From positions 130,882,001 to 130,946,000 of the forward strand of contig OZ320313.1 in assembly GCA_976226885.1 (NCBI GenBank): 64,000 bases of DNA, in the 5' to 3' direction. The position numbers were made by a program, and so were the translations under genes. The stretch is from Iphione sp. A-MEVVRFRX5. Lineage: Eukaryota. The stretch's first letter is position 1. Each line of letters opens with the position of its first letter. The notes under the pieces are model-generated. The model had not been told where the DNA came from and did no database searches. It saw only the letters and a list, made by a program, of their open reading frames with translations. Below are positions 49,151-61,905 of this stretch, one piece after another.

Positions 49151-50217
49151 TATCAGCCTGTTTGTCCCTCTCTATATCCTGACCTCTCCCACTCTTACTT
49201 TTCATCACTTCCACTTTCAAAGCAACCTTCTGTGTTCTCCCTGTGGCACCTCTTCCTCTATTACCCAACTCACCTCTCCCCCTCATTCACAGCATACTTC
49301 TCTAACCTACTCACTGTGACTAACCGTGTGGTTTCTCCTTGTGGAATGTACACCCCTTATACTTCACCTCAACGTTCTGTCCCAATTTTTTCCTCAAATT
49401 CCTTCTGGCACCTGTACGCGAAAAGTATTTTTCATGGGCATATGAAACACACACGCCCACCAAAAGGCGAATCCACGCAGGAAAAGCGGGTGGGACCACT
49501 CTGACATTTCAACCTACCTGGTCTTGTACTGAGTACTGGACTAACCAATCAGGTGTGGACCTAACCTGGCCAATACTCTCCCCTCCAGGTGTTCCTGCAG
49601 CAACCCTCTCTCAGTGAGTACTTCTCCAGGGGGATCCTCCAATGGCGTTGTAGCCTGCTAGTCTCTTCTGTCAGAGAAAGTGTGTTTTGTTTCCTCTCCT
49701 ACAAGCCTCACCTATGTCCCCAACCTTGCACTGCTCCCCTCTCAGCAGCAGGTTGTCAAGAGGCCCGGTGTCTGCCTCTCTCCCCGTGTCCTGCCGGAGT
49801 GACTGGTGCTGCTTCTCCCTGGCTACGTTCCGCTCCCTCGCACCTCCGCACGGCGGCCCGGAGGGAGGCACATACGCACCCTCCCACACATCCACACACA
49901 AGCACACCTACTAGAGTTACTACCTATGGTAGGAATTGGGACGCGCGGCCGGTCACGGTATGCCGACCGTGTGACCTACTTTATCGGGCTCCGTCACGAT
50001 CCAATGCGCACGTGACCTACATCGCTATGGCGCCGGTGACATCGGACGACTTCCGACGGATATGACGTATGCCCTCCCTCTAGACGAGGAATGACATAGA
50101 CCTTTGACGACACTTATATATTTCTAGTATTCTTGTGTGTATGTGAGTGTGTGTGTCTTGGTGTTTGGGCGACAGTATATAAATGTGATCAAGTTTACAC
50201 TGGACACAAACCTCTTA

Positions 50218-50532
50218 GGCCTAAAAAAAGTTCTGTGTTTCCGATAACAAGCAGAAAATATATAGGATCGGTAGGTCAGCGGTATATATTTTATTTGTCT
50301 TTTTTTCTATGTTTATTCATACTCCAAGCAACAAATGGTAATATATGTTCTATTGTTTAGATTTTACTGAAACTTATACCAAATGAGAGCTAAGGAACAC
50401 CATGGTATATGAGTCTCTACCTTTATTCATTGTTGAGATATCCACAAAACAAGAACAAAATAAAAATCTCCATTAACACCAAAATGAGGGTTGGTCAGGT
50501 TACCGGAAACACAGATATTTTTTGTTTAGGTC
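50218..50532. mobile_element. MITE with ~35-bp TIRs, possibly Kolobok-type (TTAA-like target)
   Basis: CTTA|GGCCTAAAAAAAGTTCTGTGTTTCCGATAAC ... GTTACCGGAAACACAGATATTTTTTGTTTAGGTC|TTAA. Confidence 0.7.
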
Positions 50533-50619
50533 TTAAAGGTGGGGATGCATTGATTGATGAATTATCCATATTTAATGACACCATCTCAAAATTTAATTAT
50601 CAATAACAGTTCGGTGTAA

Positions 50620-50990
50620 ATAAGTTAAATGGTTGGAGGAGGAGCAGGAGAGAAAGGGGCAGATGAGTAGGAGAGGAAGACGGGAGAAGAAGCAGTAAGG
50701 CGGGAGACGAAGGAAAAGAGCAGTGGTGGCATCATTGAAGAAGAGAAGAAGGAGGACGAGGGGAGGCGGAAAGAGGAAGGCAAAAAAAATTAGAAGCAAG
50801 AGAACAAATAACACAATAAAGTGGGGAAGAGGGGAGTAACAAAAGGAGAGGAGAAGGAAGTGGAGAGCAAGAAGAGGGCGACGCGAGGCCAAAAAAAGGA
50901 GGAAGGAAGGGAGAGAAGAGAGGAGAGAAGGCAAGAGGGAAAAAGATGTGAAGAGGAGTGGGAGGGAGTAACATGAGGGAGATAAATGGT
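50620..50990. repeat. Purine-rich (GGA/GAA) simple repeat
   Basis: G/A-rich low-complexity tract. Confidence 0.8.
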
Positions 50991-52879
50991 CCTAATATGT
51001 AATGTAATGTGTATTGTTAAGGCCACATAGGCACTCAGGACGCAGACCTTCATTAGCAAACCCCACAAAAGGGTCTAAAAATGTTCAATTTCAATCTGTT
51101 TATTGTCCATTCTTTGTACATCACACAAAGTTATCCGTGATCCTTACATATTAGTATTAGTTATCCGTGTTCCTTACATGTTAGTATACTAAAAAGTGAT
51201 GACACTCTAAAAACAATCGTTCAGTCTGAGACATGTTTTTGTGTAACACTTTATCATATGTTAATGTACCAATAAAACTTAACAAATACTCACAAATATA
51301 ATATTTTTAAAGACTTTCAACAATTTAAAAATATTTCAATGGTGTTTACATGAAAAAATCACTGCTTATGATGTCTAAGAGTTATTTTTTGCGGGTGCTT
51401 AAATTACCACCAGTTTAATGAAAATATTCACAATTTAACACTTGTTTTAGTGTAAGCACATAAATTGCTTAAAGCTAAAAATATCGTAGACTTAAATAGT
51501 GGAGCAAGAACCTACTTTCTCAAGTTACAAACCTCCCTACCTCCTTCCATCAGTCATTCCTCCCAATCTCTTTCTCTCCCGCTCATCTTCCATTTTTCAT
51601 GAAGATGGACCTCCTACAGTGTTTCTAGCGGGAGTGTATTTTAACCTTCGGAACCTCTCTCTCATTACAAATAAATACACACGGTACAGATGCACTAGAT
51701 AAAAGTATTCACCAACCAGACCTTTTTACCACTAACTGTACAGTCACAAAAATAAACATGGACCACTTTTACTATCAAAAGGAATACAAGAAAAATTCAG
51801 GGTAAAAACCTTCTAACCAGCCCACCTGTGGGCCACATGAACATGTGCCGTATTTACCTGTGTATGAAGTTACATATTGCATGTTCAATTGAAACTTAAT
51901 AACTGCAGTAAAAAGCTATATGAACTCAATTTGTGAAAGCCTTTATTTCAATTTCCAAATATGAAAATAAATTTTAGTAAAGCACCTAAGAATTAATCAC
52001 ATGATCATAAACGTCATCCAAGAGATGAGCTGTATGCAATCTAGCCACTCTGTGCCTGTTGATTGGAGCATGCGGACATGTTCATCACTTGCTCCGGTTT
52101 GTTAGTTTCCTGAGACCAATCTGTCATCAGATTCAGCGGTCCCTCCATGTCACACCCTGTCATCTTGGGGAGTACATGGGCTGAGTGAGGTAACACATTG
52201 GTAATTTCACTTACCTTGGTCACAAAGTCTCCTTCTAAGGTGCCTTGAAAAAAACAGGCATAAATCTTGGGAGCCATGTCGGGTCTAGGCATGCACCTGA
52301 GTTCTAGACTGATCTGCAATTAGTGGACATGTTCAGGTCCAAAGCTTCAAACTGGTTGTAGAACACTGAATCTTGGCATGAATGTGGGCATGGCCCGCAA
52401 TATTCTGCATAAATCCTGAGAGGATAAGGACTACTTGGGTTCCAGATCTTTCTCCTGATCATAGAGGGTTGAAAAGTTGTACACATGCTGCGGGCCTGGC
52501 CTGCAACATTCCATAAAAGTCCTATGAAAATCAGGGCCAGTTCCAGTCCCCATATTCAAAATGGCTGCAGGACACCAAGATGTAGGTCAGAGGCAGTGCA
52601 CCTAGCCTACAGTACTCTGGATAAGTGGTAGCACTACATGATGCTAACTCAAGGTACGAAGTTCACTCATGGCCGGTTTCCCATTCATGCTACCTTATCT
52701 GCTTGAGCCTCACCTTGGCTTAGGTGGATGCTTATAAGAAGTTTCCCATTCACTTTCTTATCTACAAGTCAGCCAGATAAGGTGAGGCAGAGATGAGGTG
52801 AAGTAGTCTATGAATTTGTGATACAAAAGCAACATAAATCGATGAAAAAATGTAAAATATAAAGAAATAATAGGTTTTT

Positions 52880-55800
52880 ATGGCTATGAGGTCCCCCCAG
52901 CCCTCTGCGCTCTGTCCAACACAACAATGCCCTTGGGGCTGGGGTACTGCTAAACAACCTTTGTTGTATTGTCGCACTGTGTCCAGGCTGTCCTAGGCGT
53001 CATTTATGTAATAAAGGAATGCTTTTCTCTCCCCTAAGACTGTCACACGGATTGGATTATGGAATGTGAGAACAATATATGAAACAGGGAAAGCAGCACA
53101 AGTGGCTAGAGAAATGGAGAGATATAGGTTGGAGATATTGGGAATCAGTGAAACGCGCTGGACAAAAACAGACAAGTGACACTATCAACAGGACATATAC
53201 TACTGTACTCAGGACCACCAAACGAGGATCCAAACCATGTCAATGGGGTTGGACTCATGATGACAAGAAGAGCAAGTAGGAGCCTAATTGAGTGGGAACC
53301 AGTCAGCGATCAGATTCTAACAGCCTGCTTTCTCTCAAAATTTCAGAAAGTGACAATTATCCAGTGTTACGCACCTACAAACACAGCAGAAAAGGAAGCA
53401 AAGGAGGAATTCTATGAGCAGCTGCAGGGTGTATTAGACAAAACACCAAAAAGAGACATCGCAATTGTGATGGGCGACCTGAATGCCAAGGTGGGCAGCG
53501 ACAACACAGGGAGAAAGCAAATCATGGGAAGACATGGCCTAGGGAACATAAACGAGAACAGAGAGCTCCTCACAGACTTCTGCGAGCAAAACGACCTTGT
53601 TATTGGTGGAACCATCTTCCCACACAGAAGAATGCACAAGGTCACCTGGACATCCCCAGATTCAAAAACAGAAAACCAGATTGACCACCTCACAGTCTCT
53701 TGCTGCTGGAGAAGGACCTTGCTAGATGTCAGAGCAAGTAGAGGGGCAGATGTAGGATCTGATCACTCGCTGGTGATCGGCAAACTGAGAGTTAAGATCA
53801 AAGCAATGAAGAAGACGGGCGACCAACAACATCAAAAATTCAACATCTCCAAGCTCAAAACACCAACCCAGAAAGATGAATTTGCCATTTCCCTCCGAAA
53901 CAGATTTCAGGCCCTGGCTGATCTGGAGGATGACTCACTGGAGAAAAAATAGGAACGAGCTAGGACCACTTTCACAGAGACCTCCGAAGAAAAACTGGGC
54001 TTCAGAAAGAAGGAGTTCAAGAGCTGGCTGTCAGAAGACACCATTTCTACAATAGAAGAAGGAGAGAAATCAAACAGAGACTAGGACAGGCAAGAACTAG
54101 GGCACAAAAGCAACGTATCCAATGCAAATACACCTCAAAAAACAAAGAAGTAAAGAAGAGTGCATGAAGGGGCAAGAGAAGATTAGTAGATGAGCTTGCT
54201 GAAAAAGCAGAGGAAGCAGCAGACAGGAATGACATGAGGACACTGTACAACATCACCTGACAGATGTCAGGAAGGAAAGCCAATACAAATGGACCAGTAT
54301 GAGGGAGCGATGGAACAATACTCAGCAAACCAGCAGACCAGCTAAACCACTGGAAAGAATATTTCAGAGGCCTTCTCAATGGTACACCAGTAGCAAATAC
54401 ACCAGTCCTTGAAGAAGGAGAGGACCTAAATGTCAACCTGGGCCCCATCACCAAAGAAGAAGTAATTAAGGCTATAAAGAAGATGAAAAATGGGAAAGCA
54501 CCAGGACCTGACAGCATTCACCCAGAAATTTTGAAAGCAGACCCGAACACTACAGCAGACATTCTCATCAACGTCCTACAAGAAGCATGGGATAAGGAAG
54601 ATACACCTGAGGAATAGAAGATGGGTCATATTGTGAAGCTTCCAAAGAAGGGCGATCTCAGCAAATGCCAAAACTGGAGAGGAATACAGCTTCTCTCAAT
54701 GCCCAGCAAAATCTTCACCAGGGTGATCCTGGAAAGGATCAGAGCTGCTGTAGATGCCACACTGAGAGAGGAACAAGCTGGATTCTGGGCGGGGAGATCA
54801 TGCATCGACCAGATTACAACCTTGCGAATCATCATCGAGCAATCACTGGAGTGGCAGTCACCACTATATGTCAATTTTGTTGACTACAAAAAGGCATTAG
54901 ACATGGTGGACTGGGCAAGAATCTGGCAAATCCTCAGGCACTACGGAATCCCACAGAAAATCACCAATATTATCCAGAGCCTGTACAGAGACACCAGCTG
55001 CAGAGTCATCCACAGCGCCAACCTATCACCACCTTTCAAAGTGAACACCGGAGTCAGACAAGGATGCCTGCTGTCACCCCTAATCGTCTCACTCGTTGTG
55101 GACTGGGTGATGAAGACCAGCATAGACCAACCCAGGGGCATACAATGGACTTTAAGAAGAAAGCTGGAGGACCTCAACTTTGCTGATGACATCGCCCTGC
55201 ACTTGCACTCACAAGTACATATGCAAGAGAAAACAGAGAGGCTGAGTAACACTGCAAGGGGGGCAGGTTTAGAGATCAATGTGGGGAAAACAAAGAGCTT
55301 GCGGGTAAATGCTATGCAAGACACACCCATTTACATTGGGGGCCAAGCCATAGAGGATGTTGACCTCTTCACCTACCTGGGCAGTATTGTCAGCAAGACG
55401 GGAGGGACAGAAGAAGATGTAAAGACTAGGATCAGCAAGGCACGCCATGCCTTTGTCATTCTCAAACCTATATGGAGAAATGAAAACCTGAGTCTGCACA
55501 CCAAGCTGTGGCTATTCAACACCAACGTCAAGTCTGTGCTATTATATGGTTCGGAGACCTGGAGACACACAAAGAGACTAGACAACAAGCTATAAGCTTG
55601 CATCAACACCTGTCTCCACCAGATCCTGCAGATCAGATGGCCAGAAAAATTCTCAAAGGAAGAACTCATGCACAGGACAAAACAAGACCCAATCACCAAG
55701 AGTATACAGATGAGGAAGTGGGGCTGGGTCGGACACACCCTGCGCAGAGGACAGACTCACATCCCATGCCATGCCCTAGACTGGAACCCTCAGGGAAAAC

Positions 55801-55970
55801 AGAAGAGAGGACGACCAGTCAACAATTGGAGAAGAACCCTACAGGCAGAGCTGAGAAACATCAACATGACCTGGAATGAAGCCAAGAGAACTGCCCAAGA
55901 TAGAGCAAGATGGAGATCTGTAGTGCGGGCCCTATGTTCCGACCAGAATGAAGAGGACTAAGTCAAGTCA
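52880..55970 (+). mobile_element. RTE-clade non-LTR retrotransposon, near full length, decayed (5' end approximate)
   Basis: APE endonuclease plus RT homology; 3' end ...ALCSDQNEED* followed by an (AAGTC)n tail typical of RTE-type elements. Confidence 0.9.
53035..55961 (+). pseudogene. RTE ORF (endonuclease-RT) broken by stops and frameshifts
   Basis: WNVRT..ILGISETRW, IQCYAPT, MGDLNAKVG, NQIDH, SDH (endonuclease); GKAPGPD, QAGF, GVRQGCLLSP, FADD, YLGS (RT). Frameshift near 53170; premature stops at about 53950, 54618 and 55593; further frameshifts near 54070 and 55650. Confidence 0.92.
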
Positions 55971-56382
55971 GTTTCTTTATGAAGACACCATTAGAAGCGT
56001 TTTTAAATTGCAAGGTCATCGTTTTTACACCTCCAACATTTGAGTGACTCATCCGACAATTCCTCTGGAATGACCCCGTGGCCATAAAATGCAGGAAAAT
56101 AAATGTCTGTAGAAGTGTTGGCATGTGATAGCCTGTGGCATTAGTGGTTGGAAGGGCTGCAGAAATAAGTGCAGATATCTCCAATATTGTCTCTGGCCAA
56201 AACCTGAATAGCTGTCTAATTTCATCAGCAGAATATAATTCCATTGGGTTATTGGGGTCTGGTAGCCTCCTGGGTACTTGTCCAAGCATGATATGCCTGT
56301 ATTCTGCAATTCTGCCTCTTCCATGTTCCTCCAGCTCATCAAAAAGTCCATACAGTTCCATGATTTTTCCTCGAAAAACCAT
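55963..56382 (-). pseudogene. Harbinger/HARBI1-like transposase N-terminal fragment
   Basis: YSADEIRQLFRF..ETILEI...LQTFIFLHFMATGSFQ resembles the HARBI1 N-terminal region (F..RFR...LQ....L.F.ATGSFQ); the DDE core is absent. Confidence 0.7.
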
Positions 56383-57124
56383 ACTGGCCTGTTAAGGTAG
56401 ACCCCAAGACACCCCTTGGCCTGACTTTACAATTACTACCTTATCTCTAGCCTGCACTGAACAAGAAACCCCCTGTCTTATCACCAAGATGCCCACTGAG
56501 CCGCTGCAGATAAGCCGTGCAATTGGGAAACCCTAATCCGTTGACGGGCGTCTTATGGCCACACTTAGACAGTCCACAGGTGAATGGGAAACCGGCCATC
56601 ACTTTTGACGATGTACGCTAGAGTCCCTGCCTTCCCATAACATCACATGAGTGCAAACATGAGTATAAGCACCTATGCTTGTTTGTAACATGCCCCTGGA
56701 TGTACAACCCAAAGCATGGCACAGATCCCTGAGGGAGTGCCTCCCAGGGCCTCAGGTGGGAGCTAGCACTCCAATGCCCACAACTCAGCCCAGAGTGGAA
56801 TGATGGGGTTGAAATTTTATAGTGTATCTGCCTCACTCAGGGCTACTTGCATGAAACATTTCATGTCAACATGGTAATTATTGCCAAAGTTATAGCAGCT
56901 TCTCTGTCGGGTCCCCTGCCACGTTTGAGTGTTTTGGACCTGGGATCTTGGGGTTCCAGTTATGTCAGTATTGGGGACAGGACCTATAGCATATGCCTGA
57001 AAATTTTCAGGATGATAGCTCATTTTCCCTGGTCTACAGAACTGAGACACTTCATGCACCTTACTTGGGTGGGAAAAAGGGGAGGAACAGACCAGAAAAT
57101 GTAACGGTTTCCATTACCAGCAGA

Positions 57125-58030
57125 CAGCTGATCCTTCTGGATCTCTTGGCCCACAACAAAATGGTGAAAACTGTTTTTCTCCATAAGGTTTTGTTGTGGA
57201 GTAATGGGTGATTTTGTGCAGATATATGCACTGTCTACATACATGTATCACCACCAAACTCTGCAGACCTACCCATTGTGTGTTTCTGAGGTCCAAAGAA
57301 AGTTTGGAGGCCCTAGAAGCCTAGCAGGCCAGGCTAGGGCTGTTTTTGTTGGATTCATTTTCTCAATGGATCCATATGGATCATGTGGCCTGCAGCATGT
57401 TGGCGAAAACCATTTATCTCTATGGGGTCCCATTGCAGACCTACGGACCATTTTGTGCAGATATGCAATGATAGTGTATTGCCAACAAACTCAGTAGACC
57501 TACCCTTTGGGTGTATTCTGAGGTCCTGAGAAAGTTTGGAGTCCCTACAGGCCCAGAAGGCCAGGATAGAGCCATTATTGTCAGTATAATTTTCTCAATG
57601 GATCCTTATAGATCTTGTAGCCTGCAGCATAATGGTGAAAACCATTTCTCCCTATGAGGCTTCATTGCAGAGCTATGGATGATTTTCTGTAGATATGCAA
57701 CTTTTGCCTATCATCACCAAACTCAGTAAGCCTACCCTTGGGCTATTTTCAGAGGCCCTGAATGTCTTTGGAGGCCCTAGAGGCCTGGTGGGCCAGGCTA
57801 GGGCTGTTTTTGTCAGGTTCACTTTTTGATCGGTCTGTATAGATGATGGTGCAATCCGTTCCTCTCTATGAGGTTTGGTTGCTTAGTTACGGGCCATTTC
57901 ATGCAGAAACGTAGCATTCGCGTATCATTACAAAACTAGGTAGGCCTACCCTTTGAGGGTCCCTGAAGGTCCTGAATGAGATTGGAGGCCCCAGAGGCCA
58001 AGCTAAGACTTGTTTTGTTGGTTCATTTTT
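57125..58030. repeat. Degenerate ~230-bp tandem satellite (about 4 units) plus a detached unit at 58580-58785
   Basis: CTACCC(T)T...GAGG(T/C)CC..A.AGTTTGGAGGCCCTAGA...GGCCAGGCTAGGGC...GATCC..ATGG(T)GAAAACC...GCAGATATGCA...CCAAACTC repeats at about 57269, 57500, 57731 and 57947. Confidence 0.85.
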
Positions 58031-59199
58031 TTGAATTTGTAATGAATTTATTCTGGCAATTATTATACAATCATGTATATCAGTCCAGAGTGATATGAGA
58101 ATTTATAAAAAGAGATGACATAAGCATTTTTAAAACATATGAAAAAGCCTATGATTGTGACTGCCACATCTATCGAGCACTCTAGTTGTATATTATATCT
58201 TGATAATTTGCCTCCTATTGGGACATATTTAGATCTCCTTTATAGGTCGATGACCTATGGGCTCTAATTTGTTACTACTTACATATATATGAATTTATTA
58301 TTTGCATCCTACAATTATTTTATAGAAACCAGGTCGATGACCTACGTTTTCAGTATTCATGTGTCTGCTTTATAAACAGGTCGATGACCTAAGTTTATAG
58401 GAAACACCTTCAATTAATTTGAATAGATGAGTTCATACCTTTACATTTTCCATCACAACCCATTATAGTCTATACTTTTGTGTATTTTTTGTATACTTAT
58501 TCTTATTCAGGTTGCACTAATCCTTGTGGCAGCTCTCCTCTTCCTCAAATAGCTCTTGAATTCCCTCTCTGGTTGTAGAGATATATTTTCAGAGGCCCTG
58601 AGTAAGTTTCAAGGCCCTAGGGGCTGGTCGAACTTTTTTGTCGGGTTCATTTTTTCCAATTGACATGTATGGGCCTCATGGCCCACAACACGATGGTAAA
58701 ACCTGTGCCTCTCTATGATTTTCCGTTGCAGAGCTATGGGCCATTTTGTGAAGATATCCAACATTTGCATATTGCCACCAGACTCAACGCCTGGAAGGAG
58801 CTTCTCCAGCACCCCTCTGGGAGAAAAGGGGGGGCCCAGGTAGCTGTGAACACTGCCCCCATATCCTAAGGTAGCAGATTACCTAGTGCCTTGGGGCATG
58901 GGAAATACATTGGGGTTAACACTGTGATGGTTGGTGTCATGAGTTACTTGAGGGCAGGCCACCTGGCCGAGCACCCATTTTCAGCATAACATCCACATTC
59001 GGCAAGGGACAAAATCACCCCCTGTGGCTCATCCCCTCACAAGGGTAGCCAGCTATGGAAAATACTAAGGGTTTTACAACAGGGTGATGCATTTGCCGCC
59101 CAGCACACCTCTGCCCTTGCAGGTGCCCTGTTCTTGGACATCTCCAATGAGATACCAGTGTCCCGCAGTACCCTCCCCCACTACACCTATTAGTTACCA

Positions 59200-59700
59200 A
59201 GTACAACTTCAAATTTCAATAAAGGGAGAATTAAAAGGACATTATGTAAAGTGGGAATTACAATTACAAAGAGTAGGCTCCGAGCAACCCACCTGCCAAA
59301 TATTATACCAAAGAGAACGAGCTATGAACTTAAACCATCATTTTTTGCTAGAAAAGTTTGGAATGAGATACCTGATGCAATAAAGGTCCCAGACAAAGAT
59401 ACATTTAAGAACTCATTAAAAAGGGAACTACTAAATCGACTCTGTAAAGAAAACTGGAGAGTCTCATGAATCCTCAGCCAGATGCATTGAGCTTGTTATT
59501 CGCTGTCTTACGTGATACTTGAATATCATTAACTTTATGTTCCATGTAATTAGTGTACATTCTGCTGTATATATTTGTATATATTGTTGTATATATTGTA
59601 AATATGTTGTATATAGTAGTTGTAAGAGAGTCCCGCATGTATGGTACCTGAAACTGGCACCTATTGATTGCCAGTATAAATAAAAGTTTTTAAAAAAAAA
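59200..59700 (+). mobile_element. 3' fragment of a CR1/L2-group LINE (ORF2 C-terminus, 3'UTR, poly-A)
   Basis: ...IIPKRTSYELKPSFFARKVWNEIPDAIK..DTFKNSLKRELL resembles the F..R..W N.LP...FK..L terminus; AT-rich UTR ends in AATAAAA plus an A run at 59692-59700. Confidence 0.55.
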
Positions 59701-61142
59701 GTCATACACCTGGAAGAAGATCAGAGGAGGCCATTGCCCAGGTCCTCATACCTCTCCTCGCACCTTTGCTCACACCTTTTCCCACCTCCTTTTGGTGTGC
59801 TACTGCTACTGGCCAAGTCCTTGCACCTTTCCTCACACATTTTTGCACGTTCTTCTGATGTGTGCTACTCCTACTGGCTAGGTCCTCACACCTCTCCTCA
59901 GACATTTTGTCAATTTCCCACCATTTGGCATCCAGGAGGGATTATAAGGAGCTGTCTTTAACCACTCCTCCATTCAGAGCTGCTCTGACACTCTATATGG
60001 AAATATGGAAAAATTCGGAAATGGGACCACCCCCTAAATGGGACCACTTATGAAAAGAACCAAAGGTGGTCCCATTAGTGAGGTTCTACTGTACTATGGG
60101 TCTACTCTACAGGTCCATGGGCCCACAACACAAGGGCAGTGCTTAGCAACAAGACCCCTGTACAGGGCTCCACCATTGAACATCATACTCAGGAGAAGAG
60201 GCTGGCCAGAGGAATCACTCCTCTTTTACCCCTACACTAGACCAATGCTGACAGGGGACAACAGCTCCCACCAGCACAAGTTTAGAAGGTTGGAAGCCCA
60301 AGCCTTGGCCCGGGGCCCCTCTCCCACTTTTCAGTGCTGACATACCTGCCCCCCTTGAGGCCACGTCAGCCCCAATACAAGTTACAGCTGGCCTTGTTAC
60401 TCCACCAGAACTGGGGATTTGGAAACCTTGGCACTGCCTTAAATGACTACTGGTCCAAGTTCATTGGAACTGGGGACTCGGTGTGTCCTTTACTAGGAGG
60501 TGAGGGATATTTGTCCTCCAGACCCTCCTCTGCCTTCAGGCATTTCCTCAGGTCTTGCAACTCCCCTCGGAGAGTCAGGTAAGTGTATGGGTCACAGGAT
60601 ACAGATGCAATACACAAATCATCCCTCGGATGACATCACTGATCACATGATTAATTTACTATTTGAACAAGTTTACAATGTTTGAGTATGATTAAGCTAG
60701 TGATATAAGTGACATCATATCAAGGACCTTCCCTGGAAAGTCAGATGTGACAGTAGCAAAGGTCTGACATTCCTTCCACACCCTGTTGGGTCTTGTATTC
60801 TGGCACCATGTTACACAAAATCAATAATGGCTAGATTGAACACAGCTCACTCCTTGATATGATATTGACAGCCAGCCTGTGTCCTGTCTGAAACATGGTC
60901 CCAAACTGAACCATATACAGTAACTTTGACCAACAAGCCTCACTATTTCCCATGCAATGATCTTTTTGAAAATTGAAACCTTGCTCATTCCTATAAGGTT
61001 TGAACCAAGTTTCTATCTTATATATTTCCATTTTTAAAAATACTTCAAAGATCTTATTCATTAGCATTCAGTGAGAATATTAGATAACAGAAAGGCCCAT
61101 ATATCATAAGAAAACCTGATGTTTCAGGTTTAATTTGATGTA

Positions 61143-61303
61143 CAGTAGACTCTAACCCTGCGACCAGTCGGCCAGTGCAACCAGTTTTTTAAAGAACAAA
61201 TCAAATCAATTAGGAGGAATAACCAATGCTTTAGGCGACCAGTCGGCCAGTGCGACCAGTTTTGTACAGTCCCTTTGGTGATCGCTTTAGGCGGAGGCAA
61301 CTG
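61143..61303. mobile_element. Tc1/mariner-type MITE
   Basis: TA|CAGTAGACTC...GAGGCAACTG|TA; internal direct repeat GCGACCAGTCGGCCAGTGC(A/G)ACCAGTTTT twice. Confidence 0.65.
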
Positions 61304-61905
61304 TATAACATGTATATATTGTGTATGAATTAGGTATGAGGGAAATTAAGTGAAAGTAGCTACCACACACTCTCTACATATCCTCTGTTCATAATCAGGC
61401 TGCTTGTTCTGTAATCTAAGCTTAATACAGTTCATGAAAATACTTTTTAAATGCTACCAATAAATTTGTCATATCTGAAAAACTTTGTGTATGAAGATTC
61501 ATAAGTAAAGAAAAGGTTTAAGAAAACCTATCTTAGTACCACATTTTAGTCAGTTTTCTGCATTGTTCCTATAGGACAATATTCCATCAAATTCTTCCCT
61601 TTTTATGACATGAAACCTTGTATAATTCAATGACTACTTGTGCAATTTTTAAAATTTAAAATGCAAAATGAAGTAGAGGGTCTCCTCTATTTACTAAATA
61701 CAGTGTTAATAGAAGAAATTTTTAAAAACGGTGTCACATTGCTAGTATCAGTAGACTAATTATAGTCAGATGTCGTAAACTCATTTAACTAGTAAAATAG
61801 ACTCCAAATCCCAAATCAATTCCTCTTATAGAGTCAACGTTCCTACAAAGTTTGAACCAAGTGGGGGTTTGAAAGCAGCCACTTGGCCACTCTGTATATT
61901 GCCTT

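Larger units (their letters stand above)
52671..56597 (-). mobile_element. PIF/Harbinger-related (PHIS) DNA transposon deletion derivative with AT TSD, containing a nested RTE LINE
   Basis: Perfect 17-bp TIRs GGCCGGTTTCCCATTCA (52671-52687) / TGAATGGGAAACCGGCC (56581-56597), AT on both sides; subterminal TTCCCATTCA/GATAAG repeats; HARBI1-like N-terminal fragment inside. Confidence 0.82.

Noticed and set aside
52041-52560. Minus-strand fragments faintly resembling a Harbinger DDE core (SVFYNQFEA) or a DEDDh exonuclease (HVYNFSTLY)
   Set aside because: They lie outside the TIR-bounded element, contain multiple stops and lack recognisable catalytic spacing; a TBLASTN/HMM search would be needed.
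60100-60585. GC-richer stretch with a plus-strand donor CAG|GTAAGT near 60578
   Set aside because: No frame gives a recognisable protein, and no acceptor or partner exon is supported.
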